From contig CAKPNJ010000006.1 of the NCBI GenBank assembly GCA_934168365.1, positions 937 to 64,936 on the forward strand: a stretch of 64,000 nt of DNA. The letters are read 5' to 3'. The notes beneath the pieces are model-generated. The model saw only the letters and a list, made by a program, of their open reading frames with translations, searched no databases and was not told where the DNA came from. This DNA comes from an uncultured Clostridia bacterium. Its GTDB lineage: Bacteria; Bacillota; Clostridia; TANB77; CAG-508. Of this stretch, positions 37,817 through 50,289 are shown piece after piece. Every line of letters begins with the position of its first letter. Position 1 is the stretch's first letter. The position numbers were made by a program, and so were the translations under genes.

Positions 37817-38423
37817 TTAAATTTTAAAATCATTATCATCTACATCATAACCATCTGATTTTAACATTGTATCAAATACCTTCATTTCTGCATCAGTATC
37901 AATCATATCAGATTGGTATAAATTTGACAGTTGCTTTTTAAAAGCTTCATTTATTTTTTTAACCATTTTCTGCGTTGAATCCATGAACTTTTTACTGTCT
38001 TCTGTATTTAATTTTTGGTTTTCAATTTCATCATACTTAGTTAATATGTTTATAGTTACTGGCAAATAATAGTTAAAAAAGTTATTCATCTTTTTGTAAC
38101 TTTCTGGCTTTTTTTCCACTGTTTCAATTATTTTTGATACTGTAACATGTATCTCTGATATATTTTTAGCTAATTCAGAATCTTCTACTTGAGAAACCAT
38201 TTTTTGTATTTTAGTATTTATATTTTTTGCTTCATTTAAAGCCTCATATATATTTAATTTTTCTTGTTTTGTTTTTTCCGTTTTACTTAATATAAGTTCT
38301 CCTGCTCCAAAAGCACTAGCTCCTATTACTAATGATGGTAGCAAACCTATTGATAATCCTAAATATGGAACTGCAAAAAATGCTCCACCGCACTATTGCA
38401 GATACAATTGTTGAATTCTTCAC
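37817..38423 (-). pseudogene. XpaC-like (5-bromo-4-chloroindolyl phosphate hydrolysis protein family) membrane protein with an N-terminal frameshift
   Basis: ORF 37817-38344 lacks an ATG. A GTG with an AAGAGG RBS at 38423 opens MKNSTIVSAIV in the +1 frame. After a shift near 38385-38395, reading continues into GGAFFAVPYLGLSIGLLPSLVIGASAFGAG (a TM helix). Confidence 0.45.
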
Positions 38424-38440
38424 TCTTTATACCTCTTCTT

Positions 38441-40060
38441 TTAATTATATCCTCTTACTTCTTTAAAAGCTCTTTTCAAGTCTTGTTTTCCATCAAAAAC
38501 TTTTCCATTACTCAATTTTGCCATATCTTGTAGTTGCATTTCCATAGCACTTCCAAACATTATAGAATATATTGGTATTGATTTTCCATTTCTATTATAC
38601 ATTGTCTTTAATTCTGAAAATGTCCCTACATTTGCTTGTCCATCAGTCATTGCAATTATTGAAACATTATATTTTTCCATGTCTTCTTGATTTAATTTCA
38701 TTAAAGCTTCTATAACAGCTGGATAAAGAGCTGTAGTACCATTCGGTAAAATTTTCTTTATATTCTTTAATAACTGTTCTGTTTTAGCTCCATTGTCTGT
38801 ACTATAAGATTTCATTACCGTTCCATTAAATGGTATTATATCTATTTTATCCTTTTCTGAAAACTGTAAAAAGTCACTTGAAGCTTCATCAGATAATATG
38901 TAATTCATTGCATTCATCAATTCGCTATATCCCGTTCCAATCATACTTCCGGAATAATCTAGGCAAAATGCAACATGTACTGGTTTTCTTAACTCAGTTT
39001 GATATAAGTTAAGCGCTAGTTTTATTACCTCTGTACTTGGATACTTAACAGGTGAAATATATTTAGTAGTATCAATTCCCCAGTCCGGATTAAATATACT
39101 TTTATCTACATTGGAATTTACTCCACCATACCATGTTCTTCTGCCCTTTTCTTGTAGTAGTTTTTGTCCTTCATTGCTTAATATATAAGACTGTAAGTCT
39201 AAAAATACGTCTTTAGCATTTTCATTTTTGTTATCAATATAAGCAAATGGTGAGTCTGATATTGAAACTCCATCTACAGGATATACTGCATATAATGTTT
39301 CTTTTCCTTGCTGTTGTAATTTTTTATTTATATTTATAATTGAAGATTCATAAGTAACTACTGCTTCATAGTTTCCATTAAGGAATAGTTCTTCTAGAAA
39401 ATCTTCACTTCCAGATGATCTTTCTAGACCTGTAAATAGTGTTGTTAGATTTTTAGTTAATTTTTCGTTTTGTAAATTTTCTTTTTTCAATACTTCTGGG
39501 TTTCCAGCTAGTGTGTATAGGAATCCTAAGTATGCTGATGCACCACTATTAGTACTTGTTGGGTTTGACATACTAAATTTTAATTTTCCACTAGAAATTA
39601 CATTTACTATGTCTTTTGTTTTTATTGTTTTATCTGTAAATCCCAATTCTTTAGCTTTTGATTTTTTTATACCAAATACTATTGGGTTTATACTTGTATA
39701 TTTTGAATTTGATACTTTGACATTGCTATCTAACATATAAAGCCATATAGAGTTTGAAATCCATACTGCATCATATTTTTCACCACTGTTTAATTTATCC
39801 ATTATATCCAATGTACCAGCATATTCAATATTTACATCGTATTTTTTAGTTCTTGCATAATTTTGTATTACTTCCTCTAAATCTTTATTTTCTTGACTTG
39901 CAATTATATTGAATGTATTTTTAGTGAATGGATTTGTAATATTATTATTTTTATCATCTAGTAATCCACTATTATCTACTAATTCTATTACTCCAGCTAT
40001 GATAATGATAAATATAAATATTACTTCCGCTACAACTAATCCAACTTTTGTATTTTTCAA
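38441..40060 (-). CDS. von Willebrand factor A (vWA) domain protein with an N-terminal TM helix and a PBP-like domain
   Basis: The MIDAS motif VHVAFCLDYSGSM and ...AMTDGQAN. Confidence 0.65.
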   Translation of the reverse strand: MKNTKVGLVVAEVIFIFIIIIAGVIELVDNSGLLDDKNNNITNPFTKNTFNIIASQENKDLEEVIQNYARTKKYDVNIEYAGTLDIMDKLNSGEKYDAVWISNSIWLYMLDSNVKVSNSKYTSINPIVFGIKKSKAKELGFTDKTIKTKDIVNVISSGKLKFSMSNPTSTNSGASAYLGFLYTLAGNPEVLKKENLQNEKLTKNLTTLFTGLERSSGSEDFLEELFLNGNYEAVVTYESSIININKKLQQQGKETLYAVYPVDGVSISDSPFAYIDNKNENAKDVFLDLQSYILSNEGQKLLQEKGRRTWYGGVNSNVDKSIFNPDWGIDTTKYISPVKYPSTEVIKLALNLYQTELRKPVHVAFCLDYSGSMIGTGYSELMNAMNYILSDEASSDFLQFSEKDKIDIIPFNGTVMKSYSTDNGAKTEQLLKNIKKILPNGTTALYPAVIEALMKLNQEDMEKYNVSIIAMTDGQANVGTFSELKTMYNRNGKSIPIYSIMFGSAMEMQLQDMAKLSNGKVFDGKQDLKRAFKEVRGYN

Positions 40061-40141
40061 ACTACCCCCTCCTTGGTTTAGTTAATTATATATTTAAATA
40101 TTTTAATTGGCAATATCTTTTGGCAAATAAATGCATATTTT

Positions 40142-40178
40142 AAAAGACAAGAATAATTTTTTAATTACTCTTGTCTTT
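40142..40178. repeat. palindromic intergenic element, family copy h (aaaagacaagaataatt-tttt-aattactcttgtcttt)
   Basis: 16-bp arms with one mismatch, 3' of the vWA gene. Confidence 0.5.
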
Positions 40179-40188
40179 ATTTTAGAAT

Positions 40189-40698
40189 TTAGAATTTATT
40201 TAAATATATTTTATCTGTATACAACTTGTTTGCAAAGGAATATACTACTCTTTTTAAAACATATTTATCAAAAGTAGTTTGCTCTTCTGGTATATATTCT
40301 TTACCTGCAAATATAGCACTAATTGCATCTTCTAATTCATTACAAAAATTATTATATATTATTTGCATTGGAATAGTTTTGGTTGCTGATTTTATCATGG
40401 TCGCAATATCATTTATACTGTATAAAGGTTTTAAGATACATATAACAAATAGGTTTGCAATATGTTCTTTGTTGTATTTTTTATTTATTGCAGGTTTTAT
40501 CACTCCATGTTTAACATAGTTGTTAATCATGCTTTTGGTTATAACATGTCCTTCTTTTTCTTTACTTACATAATTTGATAAAGCATCATCTAAAAAGCAT
40601 ATTACCTGGTCCACATATAAATCTAGATTAGGTAATTCTTCCCATCTTGGAATATGAAAGTTAGCTATTTCCTTTTCTTTATAAATTTCTTGTTCCAC
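40189..40698 (-). CDS. DUF1836-family protein
   Basis: The IPRWEELPNLDLYVDQVI motif. Confidence 0.5.
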   Translation of the reverse strand: MEQEIYKEKEIANFHIPRWEELPNLDLYVDQVICFLDDALSNYVSKEKEGHVITKSMINNYVKHGVIKPAINKKYNKEHIANLFVICILKPLYSINDIATMIKSATKTIPMQIIYNNFCNELEDAISAIFAGKEYIPEEQTTFDKYVLKRVVYSFANKLYTDKIYLNKF

Positions 40699-40755
40699 TC
40701 TTTATTTTCCCCTTTTTATACAAGAATAATTGCCCAAAGGCAATTATTCTTTAAT

Positions 40756-42441
40756 TTATCTCTTAATTTTATTAGTAGTGGTTTTTGCAAATTCTTTATC
40801 TCTAATTACTACTTTTCCTATTCTCTTGTACATTGGTAATATTGAACACTCTTTTGCAATATCTTTCTTTAAAGTTTGTTCTGCATCTTTTATATCCAAT
40901 TCATTTAATTTATCTTCGTTTAAAAATACTTCTGCACATAGCCTTACTTCGCTACCGCTTTCGTCTTTAACTCCTGATACTACTACTTCTTGAACATAAG
41001 GTATTCTCATAATATAGTTTTCAATTTCTTCTGGGAATACATTTTTTCCGTTATCTAGAACAATTAAATTTTTCTTTCTTCCTGTGATCATCAATTGGCC
41101 TTTATCATTTATTCTTCCATAGTCACCTGTTCTAAACCAACCATCTTGTAGTACTTCTGCAGTTTTCTCTGGATTTTTGTAATATCCAAGCATAACTATA
41201 TCGCCTTTAACGCAAATCTCTCCGTCTCCCTCTGGTGTTACGTCCTCAAGTTTTATTTCTACACACTCTAGTGGGAAACCTACTGTTGCGCAGTCATTGC
41301 AGTAGTCCATATTAACACTAACTAAAGGTGAACATTCAGTTATTCCATATCCATTTATTAAATCAAGACCTATTGTATCAAAGAATTTTCCTAGTTCAGG
41401 TCTTACAGCTGCTCCACCTGTTACTATTTTTCTTAAATTTCCTCCAAATGCGTCATGTATTGATTTAAAGAATTTCTTTCTCAAATCTATTCCTATTTTT
41501 CTAAGACCATTACTTACTACCATCATTACTTTTAAAATTTTGTCTTTGTGGCTTTCTTTAGCATTTGACCATATTTTTTTATAAAATAGTTCTACAAAAG
41601 CTGGTACTACATATATATAGTCTGGTTTATACAATTGTAAGTTTTTAAGTACTGCTTTTAAGCTATCATTTATACATATTGTTGAATGATGATGTAATGA
41701 TACTAAAATTCCTGCAACTGCTTCATATGTATGGTGGTATGGTAAAACTGATAAACATCTATCATATACTGTTGAAACTCTTAATCCGTAATATACTATA
41801 CTTATTAGGTTATGCTCTGATAGCATTACACCTTTTGCCATTCCTGTTGTTCCTGAAGTATATACAAGCATTTTTAGGTTATTATGATCTGTTACCATTT
41901 CAGCATAAGTTTTGTCTCCACCTTCGTAAAGTTTTTTACCTTCTGCTTTGAACTCATTATATGATAATCTATTTCCTTCTGTTTTTTCTGTGCTGAATCC
42001 TATAAAATATTTTACGTTTGGTGCTTTTTCAGCTATCTCGTCAATATTTTTTTCATATTTTTTTGCATAGAATAAAACTTCACTATCACTGTCATTTAAA
42101 ACATTGATAATATCGCATACTGGTAGTTCTTTGTCAATTGGAACTATTACTCCTTTGCTCTTTAATACTGTTAAATACACAGTAACCCATTTATAACTAT
42201 TTTCGCCTATTACTGCTATATGTTTGTCTGTCATGTTTATAGAATTTAATGCTGTTCCTAATTCAAATGTATCTTCTTGAAATTCTTTATATGTAACATC
42301 TATTACTTTTCCATTTTCATCTTTATATTTAAAAGCAATTTTGTCACCTGCTTGTTCTACAGCCATTTCAAGTAGTTCTTTGATAGTTCCTACTTTTTGA
42401 ACATCATAGTATTTTAAATCTTTTATCTTTCCCATATTCAC
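40756..42441 (-). CDS. long-chain-fatty-acid-CoA ligase (AMP-binding family), paralogue of 28733-30454
   Basis: The YTSGTTGMAKGVML, GYGITECSP and WFRTGDYGRINDKGQLMITGRKKN motifs. Confidence 0.8.
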   Translation of the reverse strand: MNMGKIKDLKYYDVQKVGTIKELLEMAVEQAGDKIAFKYKDENGKVIDVTYKEFQEDTFELGTALNSINMTDKHIAVIGENSYKWVTVYLTVLKSKGVIVPIDKELPVCDIINVLNDSDSEVLFYAKKYEKNIDEIAEKAPNVKYFIGFSTEKTEGNRLSYNEFKAEGKKLYEGGDKTYAEMVTDHNNLKMLVYTSGTTGMAKGVMLSEHNLISIVYYGLRVSTVYDRCLSVLPYHHTYEAVAGILVSLHHHSTICINDSLKAVLKNLQLYKPDYIYVVPAFVELFYKKIWSNAKESHKDKILKVMMVVSNGLRKIGIDLRKKFFKSIHDAFGGNLRKIVTGGAAVRPELGKFFDTIGLDLINGYGITECSPLVSVNMDYCNDCATVGFPLECVEIKLEDVTPEGDGEICVKGDIVMLGYYKNPEKTAEVLQDGWFRTGDYGRINDKGQLMITGRKKNLIVLDNGKNVFPEEIENYIMRIPYVQEVVVSGVKDESGSEVRLCAEVFLNEDKLNELDIKDAEQTLKKDIAKECSILPMYKRIGKVVIRDKEFAKTTTNKIKR

Positions 42442-42575
42442 TATTCCCTTCGTATATATAATAGTTCGATATTTTTCAAACTATGTTATCTAGTTTTCGA
42501 AACCATTATATACATTCTTATTAAATTAGTCAATATTTATTACTATTTTTTCCAATAAAATTTCACACTACAAAC

Positions 42576-42593
42576 GGGTGGCTCATGCCACCC
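42576..42593. terminator. GC-rich hairpin (gggtggc-tcat-gccaccc), terminator-like
   Basis: Unusually GC-rich for this sequence, downstream of the DUF3298 gene. Confidence 0.4.
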
Positions 42594-42623
42594 GCTCTAT
42601 ATTTAATAACCTTTTAATTTATT

Positions 42624-43265
42624 TTAAATTTTTATTAAAAACTCTGGTAATCCACTTGAATATGGTGCTATGTCATATTGTTGAAAATATATTACTATTC
42701 CTTTTGGTGTCAAATAATAGCTATCAAAATTTATGGTTTCTAATACCAATTGGCAATAGTCTGGAAAATATGCACCTGTTCCAGCTTCAATTTGTTTTGC
42801 TATTTGTGAATTTATTTCTTTTACTATATCTATCTGATAGTTTGGATTTTTTCTAAAAAATGCTTGTAATGGTATTTGATAAGCATGTTCCAAATCCCAA
42901 GTTTGTGAGCTTCTCACAGTTGAGCCATGTGCTCCACCTGTGAATGTATAATCATCAAAATATAAGCTTATTAGTTTATCATTATTGTATGTTACTGTTG
43001 TTTCTCTATATAGTTCATATATCATAATTGGATACCCTTGTTGTTTGTTATAATCATATGTTTCTTTTGCTTGGTTATACAATTCTCCTTCTGCAAACTC
43101 TTTTAATTTTAATGCTTCTTGTCTATTTATATGATTAAATCTTTGTTTTCCAATATCATATTGGCTTTGCGTTATCTCTGGATATTTTATAGTATACTTT
43201 AATATTACTTCTCCTTTGTAATATAATTGCTTTTCAGCAATGTTTATTTTTACTTTGTTTTCCAT
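42624..43265 (-). CDS. DUF3298/DUF4163 domain protein (RsiV/PdaC C-terminal-like)
   Basis: The YFDDYTFTGGAHGST motif. Confidence 0.6.
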   Translation of the reverse strand: MENKVKINIAEKQLYYKGEVILKYTIKYPEITQSQYDIGKQRFNHINRQEALKLKEFAEGELYNQAKETYDYNKQQGYPIMIYELYRETTVTYNNDKLISLYFDDYTFTGGAHGSTVRSSQTWDLEHAYQIPLQAFFRKNPNYQIDIVKEINSQIAKQIEAGTGAYFPDYCQLVLETINFDSYYLTPKGIVIYFQQYDIAPYSSGLPEFLIKI

Positions 43266-43319
43266 ATTATTTATAAAACTCCTTTTTTCATATAGTATGA
43301 AAAAAGGAGTTTTTATGTT

Positions 43320-45433
<2,114 letters not shown>

Positions 45434-45461
45434 TCATCATATCCTTCGTATCTTATTATGC

Positions 45462-45800
45462 TTAGACTTTGTTCCAGAACCAGTCTAAACTATTATCAAT
45501 ACTTTTTCTTTTTCCTTCTTTTACTTCCATATCATCTACCCATAAATATGATATAAATGATAAGAATATAAATATTAAGTCAACTCCTGCTGATGTAACT
45601 ATTGCCATGTAAATTTCTTGGCTTTGAGAAGATGTAAATATGAATTCTATTGTATGGCAAATTAACAAACCAATAAAAGCAAATAGCATAGTTCCTGTAA
45701 TCCACGCTCTCTTATTTGCTTTAGCAAGATACAATACTAAAACAAATAATATTACTCCTATCAAAATAGAAAATGGTTCTTCAAAATTAATAATTGGCAT
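45462..45800 (-). CDS. small membrane protein, hypothetical
   Basis: 112 aa with three TM helices. Confidence 0.35.
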   Translation of the reverse strand: MPIINFEEPFSILIGVILFVLVLYLAKANKRAWITGTMLFAFIGLLICHTIEFIFTSSQSQEIYMAIVTSAGVDLIFIFLSFISYLWVDDMEVKEGKRKSIDNSLDWFWNKV

Positions 45801-45828
45801 TTAAAATTCCTCCTTTGTATTTTTTATT

Positions 45829-47193
45829 TTAATTTAATTTTTTCTCAATTAATTTTGCTAATCCTTCTGCTTTTTCTCTAATGTACTCTTGGTTTTCTCC
45901 TTCTATCATTACACGAATTAAAGGCTCTGTTCCTGATGGTCTGATTAGTACTCTTCCGTTTCCAGCAAATTCTTTTTCAAGTTTTGCTATTTCTTCTTGA
46001 ACTTCTGTATCTTCTTTATATAAATTCTTTTTGTCACTTGAAACTTTTGCATTTACAAGTACTTGTGGATACATTTTTATAATTTCACATAGCTTTGAGG
46101 CTGTTTGTTGTTCGTCGAGCATAACTTTAATTAACATTAAAGATGTTAATATTCCATCACCTGTTGGATTATAGTCTAAGAAAATAATATGTCCTGATTG
46201 TTCTCCTCCTATATTATATCCGTTTTTTAGCATTTCTTCAAGAACATATCTATCTCCAACTTTAGTTTGTACTAAATTCAAATTATTATTCTCTGCATAT
46301 TTTTTCAGACCTAAATTGCTCATTACTGTTGCAACTACAGTGTCATTTTTTAATGTTCCTTTTTTCTTCATGTAGTTTGAAATAATTGCTAACAATTTGT
46401 CTCCGTCAATTTCATTTCCTTTTTCGTCAATTGCTAAACATCTATCTCCGTCTCCATCATAAGCAATTCCTAAATTACAATTGTTTTCAACTACATATTT
46501 TTTTATCATATCTAAATGTGTTGAACCACAATTTTCATTGATATTTACGCCATTGGGAGTATTGTTCATAATGTAATGTTTTATTCCTAATGCTGTAAAT
46601 ACTTTTTCTGCTACAACTGATGTAGCGCCATTTGCTGTATCTATTGCAACTACAAAGTCACTTGTGTCATAGCTCTCAAATTCTTCTTCAAAATTCTTTC
46701 TAAAGAAATATACATATTCATCTAAAAGGTCTGTTCTTACTTCTGCTGTTCCTATTTTATCATTAACAGCTGTAAATTCGTCTAATTTGTCTGAATCCAT
46801 AATTTCTTCAATTTCTTCTTCTATTTCATCTGGAATTTTCATTCCTTTGTTACTAAAGTATTTTACACCATTAAATTCATATGTATTGTGTGATGCTGAG
46901 ATAACAACACTTGCATCAGCTTTAAGTTTTTTAGTTAAGTATGCAACTCCTGGTGTCGGAATTACTCCTAAACTTTTTACATTTGCACCATAACTTAAAA
47001 ATCCAGCTGTCATAGCGCTTTCTATTAGTGTTCCCGAAATTCTAGTATCTCTTCCTATTAGAATTGTAGGTGCATGGTCTGTATGTTTTGCTAAAGCATA
47101 TGCTCCAGCTTTTGCTACACGGTATACTAAACCTGGTGAAAGCTCAGTGTTTGCTATTCTTCTAATACCATCTGTTCCAAAATATTTTCTCAT
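45829..47193 (-). CDS. glmM: phosphoglucosamine mutase
   Basis: The SASHNTYEFNG (SASHNP-type phosphoserine) motif and GIRRIAN at the N-terminus. Confidence 0.9.
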   Translation of the reverse strand: MRKYFGTDGIRRIANTELSPGLVYRVAKAGAYALAKHTDHAPTILIGRDTRISGTLIESAMTAGFLSYGANVKSLGVIPTPGVAYLTKKLKADASVVISASHNTYEFNGVKYFSNKGMKIPDEIEEEIEEIMDSDKLDEFTAVNDKIGTAEVRTDLLDEYVYFFRKNFEEEFESYDTSDFVVAIDTANGATSVVAEKVFTALGIKHYIMNNTPNGVNINENCGSTHLDMIKKYVVENNCNLGIAYDGDGDRCLAIDEKGNEIDGDKLLAIISNYMKKKGTLKNDTVVATVMSNLGLKKYAENNNLNLVQTKVGDRYVLEEMLKNGYNIGGEQSGHIIFLDYNPTGDGILTSLMLIKVMLDEQQTASKLCEIIKMYPQVLVNAKVSSDKKNLYKEDTEVQEEIAKLEKEFAGNGRVLIRPSGTEPLIRVMIEGENQEYIREKAEGLAKLIEKKLN

Positions 47194-47303
47194 TATATTG
47201 TCCTTTCTAACGTTTATTATATATTAAGTTATTCAATTTATATCTTTATTGTGTATCACTTTTTGAATTATATCACAATATAAAAATTTTGCAAGATATT
47301 ATT

Positions 47304-49013
47304 TTACATCTTTTCAGGCATTTTGATACCTAAGATTTTAGCTCCAGTTTTTAGTACTAAACCTGTAGCATATGTTAGATATAGTCTTGCATCTTGAACT
47401 GTTTTTTCTTCACCAATTATTTTATTTTCATTATAAAAACTACTAAATGCTTGTGCTAATTTTATCAAATATCTTGCTATAATATATGGTTCATATTTCT
47501 CAGCAGATTGTTTTAATATGTCTTCAAAAGAGTATATTAATTTTATTACTCTTAAAGAAGAGATATCTGTCAACTTTGAAAAATCAACTTCATTTATTTC
47601 AGGTACATATCCTGCTTTTTCTAGTAAGCTTTTAGTTCTAACATATATATATTGCATATATGGTCCTGTTTCTCCATTAAAGTTAAGCATAGCATCCCAG
47701 TCAAATATCTCATCTTTAATTCTGCTATTGTATAGGTCATTAAATATAACTGCTCCAACTCCTATTTTCTTAGCAATTTCTTCTTTATTTTCTAGGTTTG
47801 GATTTTTTTCATCCATAATTTGTGTTACTCTGCTTATTGCTTCATTTAGCAAATCTTCTAGTTTTATAACATTTCCTTCCCTAGTTGACATTTTACCTGT
47901 TTTTAATTGTACCATTCCAAAAGGAACATGTACAAGTCCATTTGTATATTTCTCATCTAAATTCAAGTGTTTAGCAACTTCAAATATTTGTTTAAAATGT
48001 AATATTTGTTCATATGAAGTTACATATATAGCTTTGTCAAAATCGTATGTTCTTGCCCTATAAAGAATTGCTGCTAAATCACGTGTAGCATATGTAGTAG
48101 AGCCATTCGTTTTTTCTATAATACATGGTGGCATATCATACTTATCTAAGTTAACTACCATTGCTCCTTCAGAAGGTTGTAATAGACTTTTTTGTTTTAG
48201 AATATCTACCACTTCTCCCATTTTGTCTGAATAAAAGGCCTCTCCGTTCCAAGAGTCAAATTCTACATCTAGCAATTTATACACTTTTTGGAACTCTTTT
48301 AAACTTAGTTCTCTAAATTTTGTCCATATTTCTACACAATATTCGTCCCCATCTTCTAGCTTTTTAAAATTATTTCTACACTCTTCTAATACTGCTTCAT
48401 CTTCTTTGCAAAGGTTATTTATTCTAACATAAATTTTTGTAAGCTCATCAATAGGGTTTTCTTCTATATTGTATTCGCTTCCCCATCTTTTATATCCCTC
48501 TATCAATTTACCAAATTGTGTCCCATAATCGCCCAAATGGTTAACTCCTGTACAATTGTATCCTAAATGTTTGTAGGTTTTATATATAGCATTTCCTATT
48601 ACTGTTGAACGTAAATGTCCAATATGAAATGGTTTAGCAATGTTTGGCGCTGAATAGTCTATTACTATATTCTTTCCTTTTCCAACTTTGCTCTCTCCAT
48701 AGTTTTCTTTTTTGTTTGCAATTTCAGTTAATACATTTGAGATATACTCTTGTGGCATTATATAAAAGTTTAAATATCCATTTACAACTTCTATATTTTG
48801 CATAAATCCATCTTCAAATTCTATATTGTCTTTTATTTCTTGTGCTATCATTTGAGGAGCTTTTTTTAATTCTTTTGCTAGTCTAAAACATGGGAAAGAA
48901 AAATCTCCCATTTTTTCATCTGCTGGTATTTCAATATATTCTATGATTTGTTCTTGTGGTATGTTTGTTGTTTTGCTTATTTGTTCTGCTATTTTTTGCT
49001 TAAAGTCTATCAT
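47304..49013 (-). CDS. argS: arginine-tRNA ligase
   Basis: PNIAKPFHIGHLRST (the HIGH motif) and class I ArgRS architecture. Confidence 0.9.
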   Translation of the reverse strand: MIDFKQKIAEQISKTTNIPQEQIIEYIEIPADEKMGDFSFPCFRLAKELKKAPQMIAQEIKDNIEFEDGFMQNIEVVNGYLNFYIMPQEYISNVLTEIANKKENYGESKVGKGKNIVIDYSAPNIAKPFHIGHLRSTVIGNAIYKTYKHLGYNCTGVNHLGDYGTQFGKLIEGYKRWGSEYNIEENPIDELTKIYVRINNLCKEDEAVLEECRNNFKKLEDGDEYCVEIWTKFRELSLKEFQKVYKLLDVEFDSWNGEAFYSDKMGEVVDILKQKSLLQPSEGAMVVNLDKYDMPPCIIEKTNGSTTYATRDLAAILYRARTYDFDKAIYVTSYEQILHFKQIFEVAKHLNLDEKYTNGLVHVPFGMVQLKTGKMSTREGNVIKLEDLLNEAISRVTQIMDEKNPNLENKEEIAKKIGVGAVIFNDLYNSRIKDEIFDWDAMLNFNGETGPYMQYIYVRTKSLLEKAGYVPEINEVDFSKLTDISSLRVIKLIYSFEDILKQSAEKYEPYIIARYLIKLAQAFSSFYNENKIIGEEKTVQDARLYLTYATGLVLKTGAKILGIKMPEKM

Positions 49014-49029
49014 TGTTACACCCTTTCTT

Positions 49030-50172
49030 TTAATCTCCTAGATTTATTCCAATATCCCTTGCTGTTTTTACTAAATCATTATCTAAATTTACTCTTCTAA
49101 TGTTACTCTCTGGTGTATTGCCAGAAACAGCTCCAATTTTTTTGTTATTTCCAACAACATCCTCTAATGGAACACTGTTTAATTTTCCATCTTTTATAAC
49201 TGTTAGTACATTGAATTTTCCTGCTAAAGCAAGTTCCATAGCTTTTGCTCCATATTTAGTAGAAAGTACCCTATCAAATGAAGTTGGGCTTCCTCCTCTT
49301 TGCATATATCCTAATACTGTACATCTTGCTTCTAATCCTGTTAATTCTTGAAGTTGCTGAGCAACTTTTTCTCCTGCTCCTCCAAGTTTGTTATTATCTA
49401 CACCTTTGCCTTTATTTCTTACAGCTTTTACTGTAATATCTCCACCTATTGGCTTTGCTCCCTCTGCAACAACTACTACGCTAAATTGTTTTCCACGCTT
49501 TTTACGGTTAAGAATTTTTTGTGCTGCTTTATTTATATCGTAAGGAATCTCTGGAATCAACGCAACATCTGCTCCACCAGCAATAGCTGACTCTAGAGCA
49601 ATCCATCCTGCATATCTTCCCATAACTTCTAATACCATAATTCTATGGTGTGTATCTCCTGTAGTATGAAGTCTATCTAAAGCTTCTGCTGCAACACTTA
49701 CTGCTGTATTGTATCCAAATGTAATTTCTGTACATGCAACATCATTATCTATTGTTTTTGGGACTCCAATTACATTTATACCTTTAAGAGATAAGTCTCT
49801 TGCTGATTTTTGTGTTCCATCTCCACCTAGTGTGAATAGACAATCTATACCATCATTTTTTATATTTTCTACACATTTATCTGACAAATCCTTATATACT
49901 GTTTCTCCGTTTTCTTCTACTGGATAGCAAAATACATTTGAATTTGTAGATGATCCAATTATTGAACCTCCCTTTGGCAATATTCCTATTGCATTTCCTG
50001 TAGCACTTGTACATAATTGTACATAATTGTTTTCCAATAGTCCTCTATATCCATCTATAAATCCATAACATTCTACATTATTATTTTCAGCAGTTTTTAT
50101 AATTGCTCTAATAACTGCATTAAATCCTGAAACATCTCCACCATTTGCTAAAATGGCTACTCTTTTTATCAT
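49030..50172 (-). CDS. pfk: 6-phosphofructokinase (long PFK-A family; ATP- or PPi-dependent)
   Basis: GGDGT, PKTIDND and MGR. The start is set at MIKRVAIL because of an AAAGGTGG RBS; the track ORF extends to 50190. Confidence 0.8.
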   Translation of the reverse strand: MIKRVAILANGGDVSGFNAVIRAIIKTAENNNVECYGFIDGYRGLLENNYVQLCTSATGNAIGILPKGGSIIGSSTNSNVFCYPVEENGETVYKDLSDKCVENIKNDGIDCLFTLGGDGTQKSARDLSLKGINVIGVPKTIDNDVACTEITFGYNTAVSVAAEALDRLHTTGDTHHRIMVLEVMGRYAGWIALESAIAGGADVALIPEIPYDINKAAQKILNRKKRGKQFSVVVVAEGAKPIGGDITVKAVRNKGKGVDNNKLGGAGEKVAQQLQELTGLEARCTVLGYMQRGGSPTSFDRVLSTKYGAKAMELALAGKFNVLTVIKDGKLNSVPLEDVVGNNKKIGAVSGNTPESNIRRVNLDNDLVKTARDIGINLGD

Positions 50173-50253
50173 AATATTTCCACCTTTCAATCTTCACTGC
50201 TACTATTATACCAATAAATAAAAAAAATACAATAAAAAATGGCAAAAAAATAT

Positions 50254-50282
50254 AAAAGGTGGCTGTATTTTAGCCACCTTTT
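50254..50282. terminator. intrinsic terminator
   Basis: aaaaggtggct-gtatttt-agccacctttt. Confidence 0.55.
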
Positions 50283-50289
50283 AAAAATT

